A DNA stretch of 64,000 bases from an uncultured Actinomycetes bacterium (GTDB lineage: Bacteria > Actinomycetota > Actinomycetes > Streptosporangiales > Streptosporangiaceae), in assembly GCA_963818225.1 (NCBI GenBank), contig CAWFRO010000003.1, forward strand, positions 123,105-187,104, given 5' to 3'. Shown here one piece after another: positions 61,370 to 64,000 of the stretch. The notes under the pieces were generated by a model, which worked only from the letters and a program-made list of their open reading frames with translations, searched no databases and was not told where the DNA came from. Numbering within the stretch: the first letter of the stretch is position 1; each line of letters starts with the position of its first letter. A program made the position numbers and the translations under genes.

Positions 61370-63254
61370 TCAGGGCGGCGCGTAGGGGAGCGACCCGGCG
61401 CCGTGGTCAAGCTGATAGTCCAGGTTGATCGCGGCGGTGATCAGGGCCAGGTGGCTGAACGCCTGGGGGAAGTTGCCGAGCTGCTCGCCGGTGCTGCTGA
61501 TCTCCTCGGAGTACAGCCGCAGGTGGTTGGCGTAGGTGTGCATTTTCTCGAAGGTCAGCCTGGCCTCGTTCAGCCGCCCGGCCCGGGCCAGGGCCTCGAC
61601 GTACCAGAAGGTGCACAGGGAGAACGTGCCCTCGTCGCCGGCCAGCCCGTCGGGGGAGGCGCTGGGGTTGTACCGGTAGACCAGGCTGTCGGAGACCAGC
61701 TCGCGGTCGATAGCGTCGAGGGTGGACAGCCACATCGGGTCGCGCGGGGCGATGAGCCCCTGCAGCGGCATGAGCAGCAGCGAGGAGTCGAGCACGTCGC
61801 TGCCGTAGTACTGGGTGAACCCGCCGACCTTCGCGTTCCAGCCGCGCTCGAAGATCTGCTGGTAGACCTGGTCGCGTTCGGTGATCCACCGGTCCCGGTG
61901 GCCGGGACGGCCGCGCTGGTTCACCAGCCGGATGGCCCGGTCCAGCGCCACCCAGGTCTGGGCTCTGCCGTAGGTGAAGTCCCGCCGGCCGCCACGGGTT
62001 TCCCAGATGCCGTCGTCGGGCTGGTTCCAGTGATCGCAGAGCCAGTCGATGAAGCCGGCCAGCTCGATCCAGCCCTGGTGCGTGACGGCGACGCCGCGCG
62101 TGTCCGCCAGCAGGAAGGCGTCCATGGCCTCGCCGTAGATGTCGAGCTGCAGCTGGCCCGCGGCGCCGTTGCCGATCCGCACCGGGCGCGAGCCACGCCA
62201 GCCCTCGAAGTGATCGAGCGTCTGCTCGGCCAGGTCCGAGGTGCCGTCGACCCGGTACATGATCTTCAGCGGCGCCGAGTCGTCGCCGGAGACCTCGCTG
62301 ACCCGGTCCCGCAGCCAGCCGGTAAAGGCCGCGGCCTCTTCGGTGAAGCCCAGGCCGAGCAGCGCGTAGACGGAGAACGAGCCATCCCGGATCCAGGCGT
62401 ACCGGTAGTCCCAGTTCCGTTCGCCGCCGACCTGCTCGGGCAGCCCGGTGGTGGGTGCCGCGATAATCCCGCCGGTCGGCGCGTAGGTCATCAGCTTGAG
62501 CGTGATCGCCGAGCGGGTCACCATCTCGCGCCAGCGGCCCCGGTAGGTCGAGCTGTCGAGCCAGGTCCGCCAGAATTGCGCGGTCTCGGTCGCGCAGCCG
62601 CTCCAGTTCTCCCTGGGTGATCCGCCGCGCCGGGCCGCCCGTCGACTCCAGCACGAATCCGGCGGACTGGCCCTCCCGCAGCACCCGCGTCAGGTGCACT
62701 CCGTCGCCCTGCCGCTCCATGGTGATGCCCTCGTCCTGCAGTGAGGTACCGCGCCTGCCGACCATGTGCAGGGTCAGCTCGAGGCTCTCGGCCCGGAACA
62801 CCGCCCCGTCCTGCGACAGCTCCAGCGTGTGCGGCTGCCGTGCGTAGTCGAATCTGGGCTGGATGTCGGTCACGAACCGCATCGTGCCCCGGACCACCAG
62901 CAGCTGCCTGATCAGCCGGTGCCGGCGGGTTGCGCGGCCGCCGGCGACGGGCATGAAATCGTGGACCTCGCCCACTCCGTCCGGCGTGAGGAACCTGGTG
63001 ATCAGGATCGCCGTGTCCGGTACGTAGAGCTGCCTGGTCACGTAGTCGTCGCGGTCCGGGCCGACCCGGAAGTGACCGCCGTGGTCCGCATCCAGCAGCG
63101 ACGCGAACACACTGGGCGAGTCGAAACGCGGGCAGCAGAACCAGTCCACGGTACCGTCGGTCGCCACCAGCGCGGCGGTCTGCAGATCGCCGATCAGCCC
63201 GTGATCGGCGATGTCCGGGTAACGCGCCGCGGCGCCCGTCGCCGGGGTGCCCAT
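61370..63254 (-). pseudogene. Glycoside hydrolase family 15 (glucoamylase/trehalase-type), frameshift near 62590
   Basis: N-part YPDIADHGLIGDLQTAALVATDGTVDWFCCPRFDSPSVFASLLD...ITQGELERLRD, then in another frame ETAQFWRTWLDSSTYRGRWREMVTRSAITLKLM...NWDYRYAWIRDGSF...CTFWYVEAL. There is an extra c in gac-c-gag. Confidence 0.85.
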
Positions 63255-63495
63255 CTAGGCCGTCCGCCCGGCCAGGTGCTGGCCGGCCCGGTAAAGGTTC
63301 TTGTCCAGGACGTGACGGGCGGCGATCCCGATGTGGTTCATGATCGTCCGCAGCCCGGCGTACCGGGCCCGCGCCCGGGCCGCGGGGCCGGGTAGTGACC
63401 TGTCACGTCTCAATGATGCCAACCCCCGGATGGCCGCCCGCGCCTGGCCGGGGAATAAGGTCGTTGGCAGGCGGGAGATCCACGTCGAGGCGGAC

Positions 63496-63543
63496 ATGAG
63501 CACCGACCAGCATGAGCACCGACCAGCATGAGCACCGACCAGA
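63496..63543 (+). repeat. 16-bp tandem triplication containing the zwf start codon
   Basis: ATGAGCACCGACCAGC occurs twice (63496, 63512), then ATGAGCACCGACCAGA (63528). Confidence 0.9.
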
Positions 63544-64000
63544 CTGACATGGTTGACGCGCTGGGGATCTTCGGGGCCACCGGTGATCTGGCCAAGAAGG
63601 AGACCTTCCCCGCGCTGGTCGGGCTGGTCGAGCGGGGCGTCCTCGACGTGCCCGTGATCGGCGTGGCCAAGAGCGGCTGGGGCCTGGACCAGTTCCGCGA
63701 CTACGCCACCGCGTCGCTGAAGCTGAACAACATAAATCCGGGCCGCCCGGCCGCGGTCAAGCTCCTGCAACTGCTGCGGTACGTGGACGGGGACCTGGAC
63801 GACCCGGCCACCTACCGGGCCATGTCCGACCAGATGGGCCAGGCCCAGAAGGTGCTGTTCTACCTCGAGGTGCCGCCGCCGCTGTTCGGCCGCATCGCCC
63901 AGGGCATTTCGCAGGCCGGACGCGCCAAGGACAGCCGGATCATGGTGGAAAAGCCGTTCGGCCACGACCTGGCCAGCGCCCAGCAGCTGAACGCCACCAT
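63528..64000 (+). CDS. zwf: Glucose-6-phosphate dehydrogenase, N-terminal part (partial, runs off the window)
   Basis: MSTDQTDMVDALGIFGATGDLAKKETFPAL...VIGVAKSGW...IMVEKPFGHDL has the G6PDH dinucleotide-binding and EKPFG motifs. An alternative in-frame ATG lies at 63549. It is absent from the ORF track because there is no stop in the window. Confidence 0.8.
   Translation, partial: MSTDQTDMVDALGIFGATGDLAKKETFPALVGLVERGVLDVPVIGVAKSGWGLDQFRDYATASLKLNNINPGRPAAVKLLQLLRYVDGDLDDPATYRAMSDQMGQAQKVLFYLEVPPPLFGRIAQGISQAGRAKDSRIMVEKPFGHDLASAQQLNAT

Overview
Very GC-rich (about 70% G+C by eye) actinobacterial chromosomal DNA. Nothing here was searched against a database. All family calls come from motifs I recognise in the translations.

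Positions 1 to 38.4 kb look plastic or accessory. They contain:
- two divergent epoxide-hydrolase paralogs and a redoxin gene;
- a decayed integrative element (DUF2637 gene plus a tyrosine recombinase split by a 347-bp MITE-like insertion with terminal inverted repeats and a 6-bp target duplication);
- a low-GC patch with a 36-aa hydrophobic ORF;
- several gene stubs (M20 amidohydrolase, Tat-signal stub, LuxR/LAL fragments);
- three STAND-class NTPase genes: one XRE-HTH/NB-ARC/TPR gene with near-identical 120-bp repeats, and two convergent about 950-aa AAA/LuxR 'LAL' regulators;
- a 308-bp-period tandemly duplicated structured intergenic element;
- a maeA-fumC pair followed by three malic-enzyme gene fragments, two of which flank a DUF202-poxB cassette;
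- cydAB, an Rv1733c-like membrane protein, a second mobile-element remnant fused to a truncated MBL hydrolase, and an IS (rve-type transposase) beside tRNA-His.

Positions 38.4 to 64 kb look like conserved core:
- orn next to tRNA-His, a PNPOx-family gene, a DapA-family gene, and CPBP plus M50 intramembrane proteases;
- an IclR regulator, an amidase running without a stop codon into mshC, and an HxlR/SDR pair;
- a CoA-transferase-rich cluster (thiolase-like, CaiB, a fused two-domain CaiB, an AlsS-like TPP enzyme, and a low-GC orphan);
- corA with a GQN motif, a GH15 hydrolase, and the start of zwf, preceded by a triplicated 16-bp start-codon repeat.

About eleven single-base frameshifts interrupt otherwise intact genes, most at short G or C runs. 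Many 'pseudogenes', and possibly the amidase-MshC fusion, may therefore be sequencing indels.

I see no clear novel multi-gene system. The best candidates for follow-up are the MITE, the duplicated structured intergenic element, the STAND trio in the island, the malic-enzyme/poxB rearrangement and the CoA-transferase cluster.
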